Positions 1-7,382 of a stretch of DNA of 10,904 nt are shown here, one piece after another. The first letter of the stretch is position 1, and every line of letters starts with the position of its first letter. This DNA is from a virus (lineage: Duplodnaviria; Heunggongvirae; Uroviricota; Caudoviricetes), in IMG/VR virus record IMGVR_UViG_2660238215_000014, positions 1 through 10,904 of that record; one strand, given 5' to 3'. Below the pieces are notes generated by a model. It was given only the letters and a program-made list of their open reading frames with translations. It made no database searches and had not been told where the DNA came from. A program made the translations under genes and the position numbers.

Positions 1-78
1 CCACCAGTATAAGTTATTGATATATAGAAAAATAAAAATTTTTAGTGTCGAATCTGGTTGTTTTTTGTTCATCACTGG
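1..78. repeat. Copy A of a 78-bp imperfect direct repeat (copy B at 8446-8523; 72/78 identical), located 30-108 bp upstream of the terS start
   Basis: Base-by-base alignment of 1-78 with 8446-8523 gives 6 mismatches (positions 7, 14, 26, 29, 30, 55 of the repeat); longest exact blocks are 24 and 23 bp. Contains the 10-bp palindrome AAAAATTTTT (34-43) and TGTTCAtC (66-73), one mismatch from the origin octamer. The window starts inside or at the edge of this repeat, so its leftward extent is unknown. Confidence 0.85.
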
Positions 79-106
79 TGTGTGTTTACATAATTTTCAG
101 GGGGAG
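65..106 (+). promoter_or_regulatory. Putative sigma70-type promoter and ribosome binding site for terS
   Basis: -35-like TTGTTC (65-70), 18-bp spacer, -10-like CATAAT (89-94), Shine-Dalgarno GGGGGAG (100-106) just before ATG 109. Pattern match only; the -10 lies outside the repeated 78 bp and is not conserved in copy B. Confidence 0.3.
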
Positions 107-108
107 TT

Positions 109-585
109 ATGGATCGTGAATTAAAAAATCTGCATCTGAATATTTCCCAACTGGCCGCATTATCCGGTGCTCATCGACAGACTGTTGCGGCTCGGGTAAA
201 AAACATAAGCCCAGCCGGTGGTCATGAGAGCAATCTCAAACTGTACCGACTGACAGATATCCTTGCCGAGCTGATGAAAGCTCCTCTGCCTGTAGATAAC
301 GAGGAAATGGATCCTCATGCGCGTAAAGCATGGTACCAGTCAGAACGTGACCGACTGAAATTTGAGCAGGAAACTGGTCAGCTTGTGCCAGTCAGTGATG
401 TCAGGCGGTCCTTTTCTGTCGTGGTGAAAGCGATAGTTCAGGTACTGGAAACCTGGCCTGACCGGCTGGAGAGGGACAGGGGGTGGACCGCATCACAACT
501 GAATGAAGTACAGATTGTGGTTGATGAGATCCGCGACACACTGGAAAAGGCAGTCATTGACTGTTGTGATGAGGCCGATATGTGA
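109..585 (+). CDS. terS: Phage terminase small subunit (Nu1-like, N-terminal helix-turn-helix DNA-binding domain)
   Basis: 158-aa ORF with good RBS; N-terminal motif LNISQLAALSGAHRQTVAARV resembles the winged-HTH of small terminases; its stop overlaps the start of the gpA-type large terminase ORF (GTGA at 582-585), the classic terS-terL coupling. Confidence 0.65.
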   Translation: MDRELKNLHLNISQLAALSGAHRQTVAARVKNISPAGGHESNLKLYRLTDILAELMKAPLPVDNEEMDPHARKAWYQSERDRLKFEQETGQLVPVSDVRRSFSVVVKAIVQVLETWPDRLERDRGWTASQLNEVQIVVDEIRDTLEKAVIDCCDEADM

Positions 586-1589
586 ATCAGGTGAACGAGA
601 GCCATAGCCGCGCATCCGATATCTGGCGCGAAGTGGCCTCGCTGTTTCGCCCACCCAGCCGGTTACCAGTAGCGGAAGCCATCAGGCGTTATATGCGGGT
701 TCCACGGGGAGCCAATACTTCCGGTCCGTGGGAGTCATCGCTGACGCCCTATATGATTGACCCCATTAATACATTATCAGCCCGTGAATATGACGCGGTG
801 GTGTTTGTGGGACCTGCGCGAACCGGGAAAACCGAAGGGCTGATTGATGGCTGGATTGTGTACGGCATCATCTGTGATCCGGCGGATATGCTGGTGGTGC
901 AGATGACTGAGACGAAGGCGCGTGAGCATTCCAGAACGCGTCTTTCCAGGACGTTTCGCCACAGTCCGGAGGTCAGCAAGCGCCTCAGTCCTTCCCGTAA
1001 TGACAACAACGTCCACGATAAAATGTTTCTTGACGGCTCCTTCCTGAAGATTGGCTGGCCGTCGATCACCGTCTTTTCCTCTTCGGATTACCGTCGTGTG
1101 GCGCTGACGGATTATGACCGTTTCCCTGAAAACGTGGACGGGGAAGGGGATGCCTTCACGCTGGCCTCAAAGCGTACCACCACCTTTATGTCCTCGGGGA
1201 TGACCCTGGTCGAGAGTTCACCGGGGCGGGATATCACCGATACCAAATGGCGTTGTGGTGGCGCACATGAGGCACCGCCAACAACGGGGATCCTGTCACT
1301 GTATAACCGGGGAGACCGCCGCCGGTGGTACTGGCCGTGTCCGCACTGCGGGGAATATTTTCAGCCGGTGATGGATAACATGACCGGATACCGGAATAAC
1401 CCGGATTTTGTGGCTGCCGGTCAGGCTGCCCGTCTGATGTGTCCGCATTGTCGCGGGCTGATTGCCCCTGAGCAGAAACGCGAACTGAATAACCAGGGGA
1501 TCTGGCTTCGTGAAGGTGAACGGGCGGCGGCGGACGGCAGTATCACCGGAACGCCACGAAACTCCCGGATTGCGTCATTTTGGATGTAG
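582..1589 (+). pseudogene. terL: Large terminase, lambda gpA family, N-terminal fragment only (335 aa versus about 640 aa expected)
   Basis: Walker A GPARTGKT; paired CxxC motifs (CPHCGEYF ... CPHCRGL) as in lambda gpA from memory; gpA-like similarity continues to the last residues (GIWLREG ... ASFWM), then a TAG stop at 1587-1589 coincides with a sharp shift to AT-rich non-coding DNA. No continuation in any frame. Confidence 0.8.
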
Positions 1590-1750
1590 GGTACATTTCT
1601 TACCTGTTTGTATGTTCTGGTGTCGATTCATAGTCTTTTCAATGAGTTGTGATTTTATGAGTTTCCTCTCTTTGCTTGATAATGAGTTAGTTTATCGCTT
1701 GTTATTGGCTTGAATGGACTACATGACGGACTAAAAAATGAGGGCGATAG

Positions 1751-2989
1751 ATGTCGGTAAAGCCATTAACCGTGACTGAAGTTAAGGGGATGAAACCACG
1801 TGAAAAGGACTATGCCGTTTATGATGGGTTCGGTTTATTGCTGAATGTGAGTAAAGCCGGTGGGAAAGTGTGGCGTTTCCGTTATAGCCATCCGATAACG
1901 AAGAAACGGCAGACATACACGATAGGACGTTTTCCTGAATTCTCACTCGCGGAAGCACGGGAAGTACGTGATGAACTTCGGCGAATGATTGCACGTGGAG
2001 TTGATCCAGTGACGGAGAAGAAAAATCGTAAAATTGAGATGTCACTAAAAAATCTACAGACATTTGAAGCTGTTGCTAATGCATGGTTCGCTTTTAAAAA
2101 GGGATCTGAATTGCGGAAACCTACGCTGTATAATATCGAATATGAAGTATACAAATATCTTGTTCCTTTCTTTGGTAAGTACAGTATAGAAAAAATTACA
2201 GCACCAGTAGCTATTAATGCTCTGGATGCCGTATCCGATAAGAATGCGTTGCAAAAAAAATTAATATCAAGATTAAATGAAATTATGAATTATGCTGTAA
2301 ATTGTGGAGCATTGAAAGCAAATCCATTACTTAAGATAAAGACTGCATTCACAGGAAAGAAAAATAAATCATTAGCAGCACTACCTGTTGAAAGATTGCC
2401 TGAATTTCTGAGCTGGTGGGATAGTGTGCCTCATACCTATCAAATAGCTCATAATGCACTTTTATTCCAGATATTGACAATGGTTAGGCCAGGTGAGGCG
2501 ATTAAAGCAGAGTGGTCAGAGATTGATTTTGATTCTGGCTTGTGGATTATCCCCGCGCATAAAATGAAATGCCATCGTGAACATGTTGTTCCCTTGTCAT
2601 CACAGGCTATTAGTATCCTCAGAACAATGCAGGAAATAAAAAGAGGGCGTTATGTGTTTTTTTCCTCCAGAACAAAAGATGCGCCTATGGGGAGGAATAC
2701 TATCAAGACCCCAATTGCTGCCAGCAAGTTCAAAGGGATTGTAACGTTACATGGTTTTCGTTCAATGTGGAGTACGCTTTTAAATGAGGAGGGATTTAAC
2801 CCCGATGTAATCGAGGCTGCATTGGCGCATAAAAGTGGTGATAAAATAAGAGATATTTATAATAGAACTATTTATCTAGAACAGCGTAAGATCATGATGC
2901 AATGGGTCGGTGATTTTTTTGATGATGCGAGAAAAGGGGTAATTAATAGATCCGGTGGTATGAAAGGTTTAAGAGTAGTAAATGGTTGA
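1751..2989 (+). CDS. int: Tyrosine site-specific integrase, P4-like family (N-terminal arm-binding domain plus catalytic domain)
   Basis: 412 aa; N-terminus GLLLNVSKAGGKVWRFRYSHP...GRFPEFSLAEAREVRDEL matches the P4-type integrase arm-binding domain; C-terminal catalytic signature R (MVRPGEA), HGFRSMWST, LAHKSGDKIRDIYNRTIY with terminal Tyr. RBS GAGGG 6 nt upstream. Gene is markedly more AT-rich than its neighbours. Confidence 0.9.
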   Translation: MSVKPLTVTEVKGMKPREKDYAVYDGFGLLLNVSKAGGKVWRFRYSHPITKKRQTYTIGRFPEFSLAEAREVRDELRRMIARGVDPVTEKKNRKIEMSLKNLQTFEAVANAWFAFKKGSELRKPTLYNIEYEVYKYLVPFFGKYSIEKITAPVAINALDAVSDKNALQKKLISRLNEIMNYAVNCGALKANPLLKIKTAFTGKKNKSLAALPVERLPEFLSWWDSVPHTYQIAHNALLFQILTMVRPGEAIKAEWSEIDFDSGLWIIPAHKMKCHREHVVPLSSQAISILRTMQEIKRGRYVFFSSRTKDAPMGRNTIKTPIAASKFKGIVTLHGFRSMWSTLLNEEGFNPDVIEAALAHKSGDKIRDIYNRTIYLEQRKIMMQWVGDFFDDARKGVINRSGGMKGLRVVNG

Positions 2990-3002
2990 GGAGGTTCAGC
3001 AA

Positions 3003-3206
3003 ATGAATACCAATGAAGATATTTTATTTACTAAAGACGTAATGAAAATCTTGCGATATGGAGCAATGAGTGCATTCATCAATTTCTGGAAAGATGAGAA
3101 TAATGGTTTTCCTCAGCCGTTCAGAATTGGACGACGACATACCTGGCACCGTAGAGATGTAGAAGCATGGTTAGATAAACAACGAGAACAGGCCAATCCC
3201 CACTAA
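3003..3206 (+). CDS. alpA: AlpA/Vis-like small HTH transcriptional regulator or excisionase
   Basis: The track ORF starts at 2982, but a strong SD GAGGAGG (2988-2994) sits 8 nt before the in-frame ATG at 3003, giving 67 aa. Motif FPQPFRIGRRHTWHRRDVEAWL fits the AlpA family (FP-P-ilG-r---W---dV--Wl). Immediately downstream of int in the same orientation, as in P4 (vis) and Gram-negative PICIs. Confidence 0.75.
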   Translation: MNTNEDILFTKDVMKILRYGAMSAFINFWKDENNGFPQPFRIGRRHTWHRRDVEAWLDKQREQANPH

Positions 3207-3220
3207 TAATATCTTTCATA

Positions 3221-3245
3221 CCCCGCGTGCAATGCGGGGTTTTTT
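3221..3245 (+). terminator. Rho-independent terminator after int-alpA
   Basis: Stem CCCCGC (3221-3226), loop GTGCAAT, stem GCGGGG (3234-3239), followed by TTTTTT (3240-3245). Confidence 0.7.
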
Positions 3246-3265
3246 GTATGTGAGGTAAAAAAGAA

Positions 3266-3847
3266 ATGAATAAAAATATTGCCGTGACGGGCAAGGGTGA
3301 CGCACGTCATGTAAAAAAATTCTGTGATATTCGTGATCTGGTCGTTCTGCGCTTTGATAGTGTGAACGTTCGCGTGGTGTATCTGAACGGCGATCCGTGG
3401 TTTGTTGCAAAGGATGTTTGTGTTGCTCTGGAAATAAGTAACTCACGCGATGCTCTAAAAGCACTAGATGCGGATGAAAAGAAAACCGTCGCTTTAAGCT
3501 ACGGTATTCGAGGAAATCCAAATCATAGCCTCATTTCTGAATCCGGTTTTTACAAGCTGATCGCCAGAAGTCGGAAAGCTGTTACTCCTGGCACGTTCGC
3601 CCATCGTTTCAGTAACTGGGTATTCAGGAATGTGATACCGGGTATCAGAAAAACGGGGGCTTATGGTATCCCGTGGGGTGTAGTACAGGATTTTTCCCGC
3701 CGCAAAGAGCAATACCAGATAAGTGCCAGCGAGAAGGGGAGGGCGCTACAGGCATGTAAGCGCAAAAAACGTGAACTGGAGGAAGAAGAAAAAAGGCTGA
3801 TACGTGAATATCAGCCTGAGTTTTACTTTGGCAACCGCATTCAGTGA
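3266..3847 (+). CDS. Bro-N domain protein (antirepressor-like N-terminal domain, short coiled-coil-like C-terminus, no obvious KilA-C domain)
   Basis: 193 aa; hallmark Bro-N motifs VRVVYLNGDPWFVAKDVCVALEI ... SGFYKLIARSRKAVTPGTFAHRFSNWVFRNVIPGIRKTGAYG; SD GAGG 10 nt upstream of ATG 3266; C-terminal 50 aa rich in K/R/E. Confidence 0.8.
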   Translation: MNKNIAVTGKGDARHVKKFCDIRDLVVLRFDSVNVRVVYLNGDPWFVAKDVCVALEISNSRDALKALDADEKKTVALSYGIRGNPNHSLISESGFYKLIARSRKAVTPGTFAHRFSNWVFRNVIPGIRKTGAYGIPWGVVQDFSRRKEQYQISASEKGRALQACKRKKRELEEEEKRLIREYQPEFYFGNRIQ

Positions 3848-3879
3848 CAAAACAAAGGCGACCCGGATCAGAGGTCGCC
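3847..3879 (-). terminator. Putative rho-independent terminator for the minus-strand RHH gene
   Basis: Inverted repeat GGCGACC (3857-3863) / GGTCGCC (3873-3879) with 9-nt loop; on the minus strand the hairpin is followed by TTTGTTTTGT (complement of 3847-3856). Confidence 0.5.
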
Positions 3880-3970
3880 AATGGGAAAACACTAAACATA
3901 AGCCCAAACATCATAGCGATTTGTTGGCTGGTGGGCAATGTGATCAGTGTGCTGGCTTGCTGGTGGATTG

Positions 3971-4153
3971 TCAGCCTTTTGGTTCTATGCCTTCTTTGCG
4001 TAGCTTGTCACGACAGGCATTTTTAACCCATGAACTGAAATTACCAGGCCCAGCAACTTCGTTAATTTGTTGCAACAATGTGTCTTCGAAGCGGATGTTT
4101 TTCTTTGTGCTGCCGGAGCGATCAAATTTTGGTTTCTCATTTTTTTCTTGCAT
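3971..4153 (-). CDS. Small ribbon-helix-helix (Arc/CopG-like) DNA-binding protein; candidate repressor of the element
   Basis: 60 aa; segment KKNIRFEDTLLQQINEVAGPGNFSSWVKNACRDKL has the beta-strand / helix / G-x-S / helix pattern of RHH proteins. It is the only convincing minus-strand gene, divergent from the rightward operon, with palindromic operators at its 5' side and a hairpin terminator at its 3' side. Confidence 0.5.
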   Translation of the reverse strand: MQEKNEKPKFDRSGSTKKNIRFEDTLLQQINEVAGPGNFSSWVKNACRDKLRKEGIEPKG

Positions 4154-4198
4154 TGGTACGTACCACCATTATAAACTGAAACCCAATGGTACGTACCA
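4154..4198. promoter_or_regulatory. Two copies of the perfect 12-bp palindrome TGGTACGTACCA (4154-4165 and 4187-4198) bracketing a -10-like TATAAA; putative operator pair in the divergent promoter region
   Basis: Both copies read directly; 33 bp centre to centre (about 3 helical turns). Rightward -35-like TTGCAT (4148-4153) and -10-like TATAAA (4170-4175); on the minus strand a perfect TATAAT lies between the palindromes (complement of 4167-4172). Confidence 0.6.
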
Positions 4199-4298
4199 TG
4201 TTGAAGATACGCAACCATTAAATACAGCGAAGCCCCGCAGTGGTGGAACACTCGCAGGGCTTCTAACCACCAACGATAGCAAGATTATCGAGGTAGCT

Positions 4299-4490
4299 AT
4301 GTTAAATCATACCACACACCCGCAAGGGCGGGACTTGCACAACCTGAATAAATTCACCTGGCGTTTTATCGCCCTGAGCACGGCACAACCGCGCGTGATT
4401 ACCATTGAGGCCACCAGCGAACAGGAAGCACGCCAGCAATCTCCTGATGGCTGCGTGATGGTATTCGCTGCCCGTATTCGTCAGGGGTAA
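4299..4490 (+). CDS. Small hypothetical protein (63 aa), first gene of the rightward operon; function unknown
   Basis: ATG 4299 preceded by GAGG (4289-4292); corresponds to the C-terminal in-frame part of track ORF 3804-4490, whose upstream part looks non-coding. I have a vague, unverifiable recollection of Icd-like annotations on similar small proteins. Confidence 0.45.
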   Translation: MLNHTTHPQGRDLHNLNKFTWRFIALSTAQPRVITIEATSEQEARQQSPDGCVMVFAARIRQG

Positions 4491-4493
4491 GTC

Positions 4494-4859
4494 ATGCATA
4501 ACCTGTCAATTTCTGACCTTAACTGCATTCAGTTTGACGAGAAATTTACCGGGCAGCTACTGGTCCATGTGGAGAACGGGCGCATAGTGCGTAATTACCA
4601 CCTGCCGGATGGTGCAATTGCCGGAAGCGTTGAAGCATTGCTGGAACTGGCAGAACGTGCGCGACTGATTAAGCCGTTAACGAACCATCACGATGATGAT
4701 CTGCATTTTACCGGACGCATGGTGAGTCACTACGAAAACGGCGTCGAGGTATCCCGCGAACGGCTGCGTGATGATTGCTGTTTCGGCACACTGCCGGAAT
4801 TTATCGAGTTGCTGACCAGTTGCGGTTATCAGGTCATTCAGGGGGGTAAACATGCGTGA
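4494..4859 (+). CDS. Hypothetical protein (121 aa) made of two tandem copies of a roughly 50-aa domain (FTG-x-LV-x3-ENG ... L-x-ELL)
   Basis: SD AGGGG 7 nt upstream. Internal duplication visible in the translation: FTGQLLVHVENGRIVRNYHLPDGAIAGSVEALLELAERA versus FTGRMVSHYENGVEVSRERLRDDCCFGTLPEFIELLTSC. Confidence 0.6.
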   Translation: MHNLSISDLNCIQFDEKFTGQLLVHVENGRIVRNYHLPDGAIAGSVEALLELAERARLIKPLTNHHDDDLHFTGRMVSHYENGVEVSRERLRDDCCFGTLPEFIELLTSCGYQVIQGGKHA

Positions 4860-5085
4860 TGATCGTTTTAATTCCCTGAAACGGGAATTTGATGGCGCAC
4901 AGGAAGATGCAGCGGGCGCATTGTTGAGCGTTGCTGACATGATGAAAGCTGCATATTTTCTTATCAATACCAGTGGCTACAAGTCAGAGGGTGAAATGAT
5001 TCTTAGTATTGCGTCGGACTATGCGGAATATGTGGCAGAGACGCGTTACAGAAGAAAATTCACGGAGGATGTAAGCCATGCATAA
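4852..5085 (+). CDS. Hypothetical protein (77 aa)
   Basis: ATG overlaps the end of the previous gene by 8 nt; SD GGGGGG upstream; acidic, helical-looking sequence, no recognisable motif. Confidence 0.5.
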   Translation: MRDDRFNSLKREFDGAQEDAAGALLSVADMMKAAYFLINTSGYKSEGEMILSIASDYAEYVAETRYRRKFTEDVSHA

Positions 5086-5279
5086 TCATGAAGCGCATGT
5101 ACCCGTAGTGCTTAATGTGCCAGATGATTTCACCGGACGCGTACTGGTTTACCTGGATAAAGGGAAAGTGAAATCACAATGCCGACTGAAAAGTAATGAG
5201 ATTGTTGGTTCTCCTGAATTTTTTTTCTGAACTTTGTATTCGTGCGGAAATAAAACCGGAACTGCTGACAGGAAAATAA
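5078..5279 (+). pseudogene. Third copy of the FTG domain (paralog of 4494-4859), interrupted by a frameshift at a T8 homopolymer (5219-5226)
   Basis: ATG 5078 overlaps the previous stop (ATGCATAA). Frame 1 gives MHNHEAHVPVVLNVPDDFTGRVLVYLDKGKVKSQCRLKSNEIVGSPEFFF* (stop 5228-5230); the +1 frame continues SELCIRAEIKPELLTGK* (stop 5277-5279), which aligns with the ELAERARLIKPL part of the paralog. Not in the ORF track because each piece is under 60 aa. Confidence 0.5.
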
Positions 5280-5283
5280 AACC

Positions 5284-5574
5284 ATGAAAAAGAAAAATTC
5301 TGGCTTTACTGCCAGCGGCCTCTCTCGGCCTGAAATCCGCCCCGGTGATATTTTCCGGGACACCAGACGCGGTGGACGGGTGGTTATTCGTCACGTTACG
5401 CCAGGCAATATCACCTACCGCCGTGAGGCTTACGAATATGACTGCGTAATGCCGCGCCGTCAGTTTGATCGTGATTTTATTCTGGTGGAAAACAAACAAC
5501 AGGCAGTGGCGAGACGTGCAGCCACGAATATTAAAAAAATCCGGGCAATGTTGGTTGCGGGAGGTAAGAAGTGA
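5284..5574 (+). CDS. Hypothetical basic protein (96 aa), immediately upstream of and coupled to pri-rep
   Basis: ATG 5284 after AAAACC; stop overlaps the GTG start of the primase gene (GTGA 5571-5574); K/R-rich, no recognisable motif. Confidence 0.5.
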   Translation: MKKKNSGFTASGLSRPEIRPGDIFRDTRRGGRVVIRHVTPGNITYRREAYEYDCVMPRRQFDRDFILVENKQQAVARRAATNIKKIRAMLVAGGKK

Positions 5575-7370
5575 AAAACGCACCGAGTCTAAAATATCAG
5601 CTGAAGGATAAATTCACTGAGGTAATCATTTTTGCCGGGACGGATGCTTACGCCCATGCTCAACACTGGATTGAAAGTGAAGGACGAAAACACGGCGATA
5701 ACGTGCCTCCTGTTTACCTGGGGCCAAAGCAACTGGCAGACCTGGCGAATATCCGCATTATTGACGAGAAACGCCGTTTTGCGCGTGTCTATATCGCGGG
5801 GGAGATAGAGCCAATCCAGATCAATACTATCGCTGAAAAGCTGGCGCTGGCTGGCGTACAGGAGGCGAAATTATACAAAGGTATCACCGACCAGGAACCG
5901 GAGAACTGGCGCGACTACCTGCAACGGATCCGCGAACAGGCTGAGCACGGGGAAGTTTCAGTGATGAAATTAGCTACAAAAAATAGTGGTCTACCCAAGC
6001 CTGCATTAAATCAGATGGGAGCCAGCCAGAGAGGGGAAGTGTTACTTGAACATTATGGAGGAGCACTGGCGATTCATGCTGACTCTGACACTGTTCACCA
6101 TTACAACGGCGTTGTATGGGAGCCAGTACAGGATAAAGAATTACAGCGAGCTATGGCACAGATTTTCATTGATGCGGAGATCAGCTATTCGCAGAACGCC
6201 ATTAAATCGGCGGTAGATACCATGAAGTTAAGTTTGCCTGTAATGGGGAATACAGCCCGTAACCTGATTGGATTCAGTAACGGTGTTTTTGATACCCGGA
6301 CAGGCGATTTTCGGGAGCATAACAAAAACGACTGGTTGTTAATTGCCAGTGAATTACCTTTCAGCCCACCAGCAGAGGGGGAAACGCTGGCAACACATGC
6401 GCCGAATTTCTGGAAGTGGTTACGCCGTTCGGTGGCTGAGAATGACCGCAAGGCGGATCGCGTACTGGCTGCATTATTCATGGTGCTGGCGAACCGGTAC
6501 GACTGGCAGTTATTCATTGAGGTAACAGGTCCAGGGGGAAGTGGTAAAAGCGTGATGGCGGAGATTTGCACCATGCTGGCGGGTAAGGCCAACACGGTAT
6601 CGGCAAGCATGAAGGCGCTGGAAGATGCCAGGGAACGCGCGTTAGTGGTTGGCTTTTCGCTGATTATCATGCCGGATATGACCCGCTACGCTGGTGATGG
6701 GGCAGGGATTAAGGCTATTACAGGCGGTGACAAGGTGGCAATTGACCCGAAACACAAAGCCCCCTACTCAACGCGTATTCCGGCAGTAGTGCTGGCGGTT
6801 AACAATAACGCCATGTCATTCAGTGACCGCAGCGGGGGGATCTCACGTCGTCGGGTGATATTCAATTTTTCGGAAGTTGTACAGGAGAACGAACGCGATC
6901 CAATGCTGGCGGAAAAAATAGAAGGTGAGCTGGCGGTAGTGATTCGCCATCTGCTTACACGGTTTGCTGACCAGGACGAAGCCAGACGCCTGTTATATGA
7001 GCAGCAGAAATCTGAAGAAGCACTGGCGATAAAGCGAGAGGGGGATTCGCTGGTGGACTTCTGCGGCTATCTCATGGCGTCGGTAATGTGTGATGGCCTG
7101 TTAGTGGGTAATGCTGAAATTGTACCATTCAGCCCACGCAGGTATCTCTATCATGCCTATCTGGCTTATATGCGGGCACATGGGTTTGGTAAACCTGTAA
7201 CACTGACTCGCTTCGGTAAAGATATGCCGGGGGCAATGGCGGAATATGGCAGGGAGTATATGAAACGGAAAACGAAGCACGGTTTGCGTTCAAACGTGAC
7301 ACTGATGGAGGAATCAGAAGACTGGATGCCATCATGTGTATCGGTCACTAATGACGATAGCAAAAATTAA
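5571..7370 (+). CDS. Replication initiator primase/helicase (pri-rep; P4 alpha-like / D5-type SF3 helicase with P-loop)
   Basis: 599 aa, GTG start with SD GGAGGT (5560-5565); Walker A GPGGSGKS near residue 310 with downstream hydrophobic strand and acidic motif (LIIMPDMT); N-terminal region resembles a primase/Toprim-like domain; cognate iteron origin lies immediately 3' of the gene. Confidence 0.8.
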   Translation: MKNAPSLKYQLKDKFTEVIIFAGTDAYAHAQHWIESEGRKHGDNVPPVYLGPKQLADLANIRIIDEKRRFARVYIAGEIEPIQINTIAEKLALAGVQEAKLYKGITDQEPENWRDYLQRIREQAEHGEVSVMKLATKNSGLPKPALNQMGASQRGEVLLEHYGGALAIHADSDTVHHYNGVVWEPVQDKELQRAMAQIFIDAEISYSQNAIKSAVDTMKLSLPVMGNTARNLIGFSNGVFDTRTGDFREHNKNDWLLIASELPFSPPAEGETLATHAPNFWKWLRRSVAENDRKADRVLAALFMVLANRYDWQLFIEVTGPGGSGKSVMAEICTMLAGKANTVSASMKALEDARERALVVGFSLIIMPDMTRYAGDGAGIKAITGGDKVAIDPKHKAPYSTRIPAVVLAVNNNAMSFSDRSGGISRRRVIFNFSEVVQENERDPMLAEKIEGELAVVIRHLLTRFADQDEARRLLYEQQKSEEALAIKREGDSLVDFCGYLMASVMCDGLLVGNAEIVPFSPRRYLYHAYLAYMRAHGFGKPVTLTRFGKDMPGAMAEYGREYMKRKTKHGLRSNVTLMEESEDWMPSCVSVTNDDSKN

Positions 7371-7382
7371 ACTTATGGAATA

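Noticed and set aside
44-58. tRNA-like T-loop sequence GTGTCGAATC inside the 78-bp repeat, considered as a tRNA-derived att site
   Set aside because: The flanking bases do not form T-stem or acceptor-stem pairing and there is no CCA-proximal structure, so it is not a tRNA gene or fragment on inspection.
1566-1600. Possible att core at the left junction (GCGTCATTTTGGATG...) repeated near 8415-8445 (GCGCATTTTTTGATT...)
   Set aside because: The similarity is only about 60 percent and needs gaps, which is indistinguishable from chance in AT-rich DNA; the true att sites remain unidentified.
1510-1713. 67-aa ORF across the terL truncation junction
   Set aside because: It starts inside the terL reading region in another frame and continues into AT-rich junction DNA; no RBS and an implausible composition.
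3844-4026. 60-aa hydrophobic ORF (GTG start) overlapping the Bro-N stop
   Set aside because: It needs a GTG start without a clear RBS, spans the hairpin at 3857-3879 and overlaps the convergent RHH gene by 56 bp. A small membrane peptide cannot be excluded, but the evidence is weak.
3804-4490. 228-aa plus-strand ORF spanning the region between the Bro-N and downstream genes
   Set aside because: The translation is low-complexity and it runs antisense across the better-supported RHH gene, its hairpin terminator and the palindromic operator region. Only its last 63 codons (from ATG 4299, with an RBS) look like a real gene.
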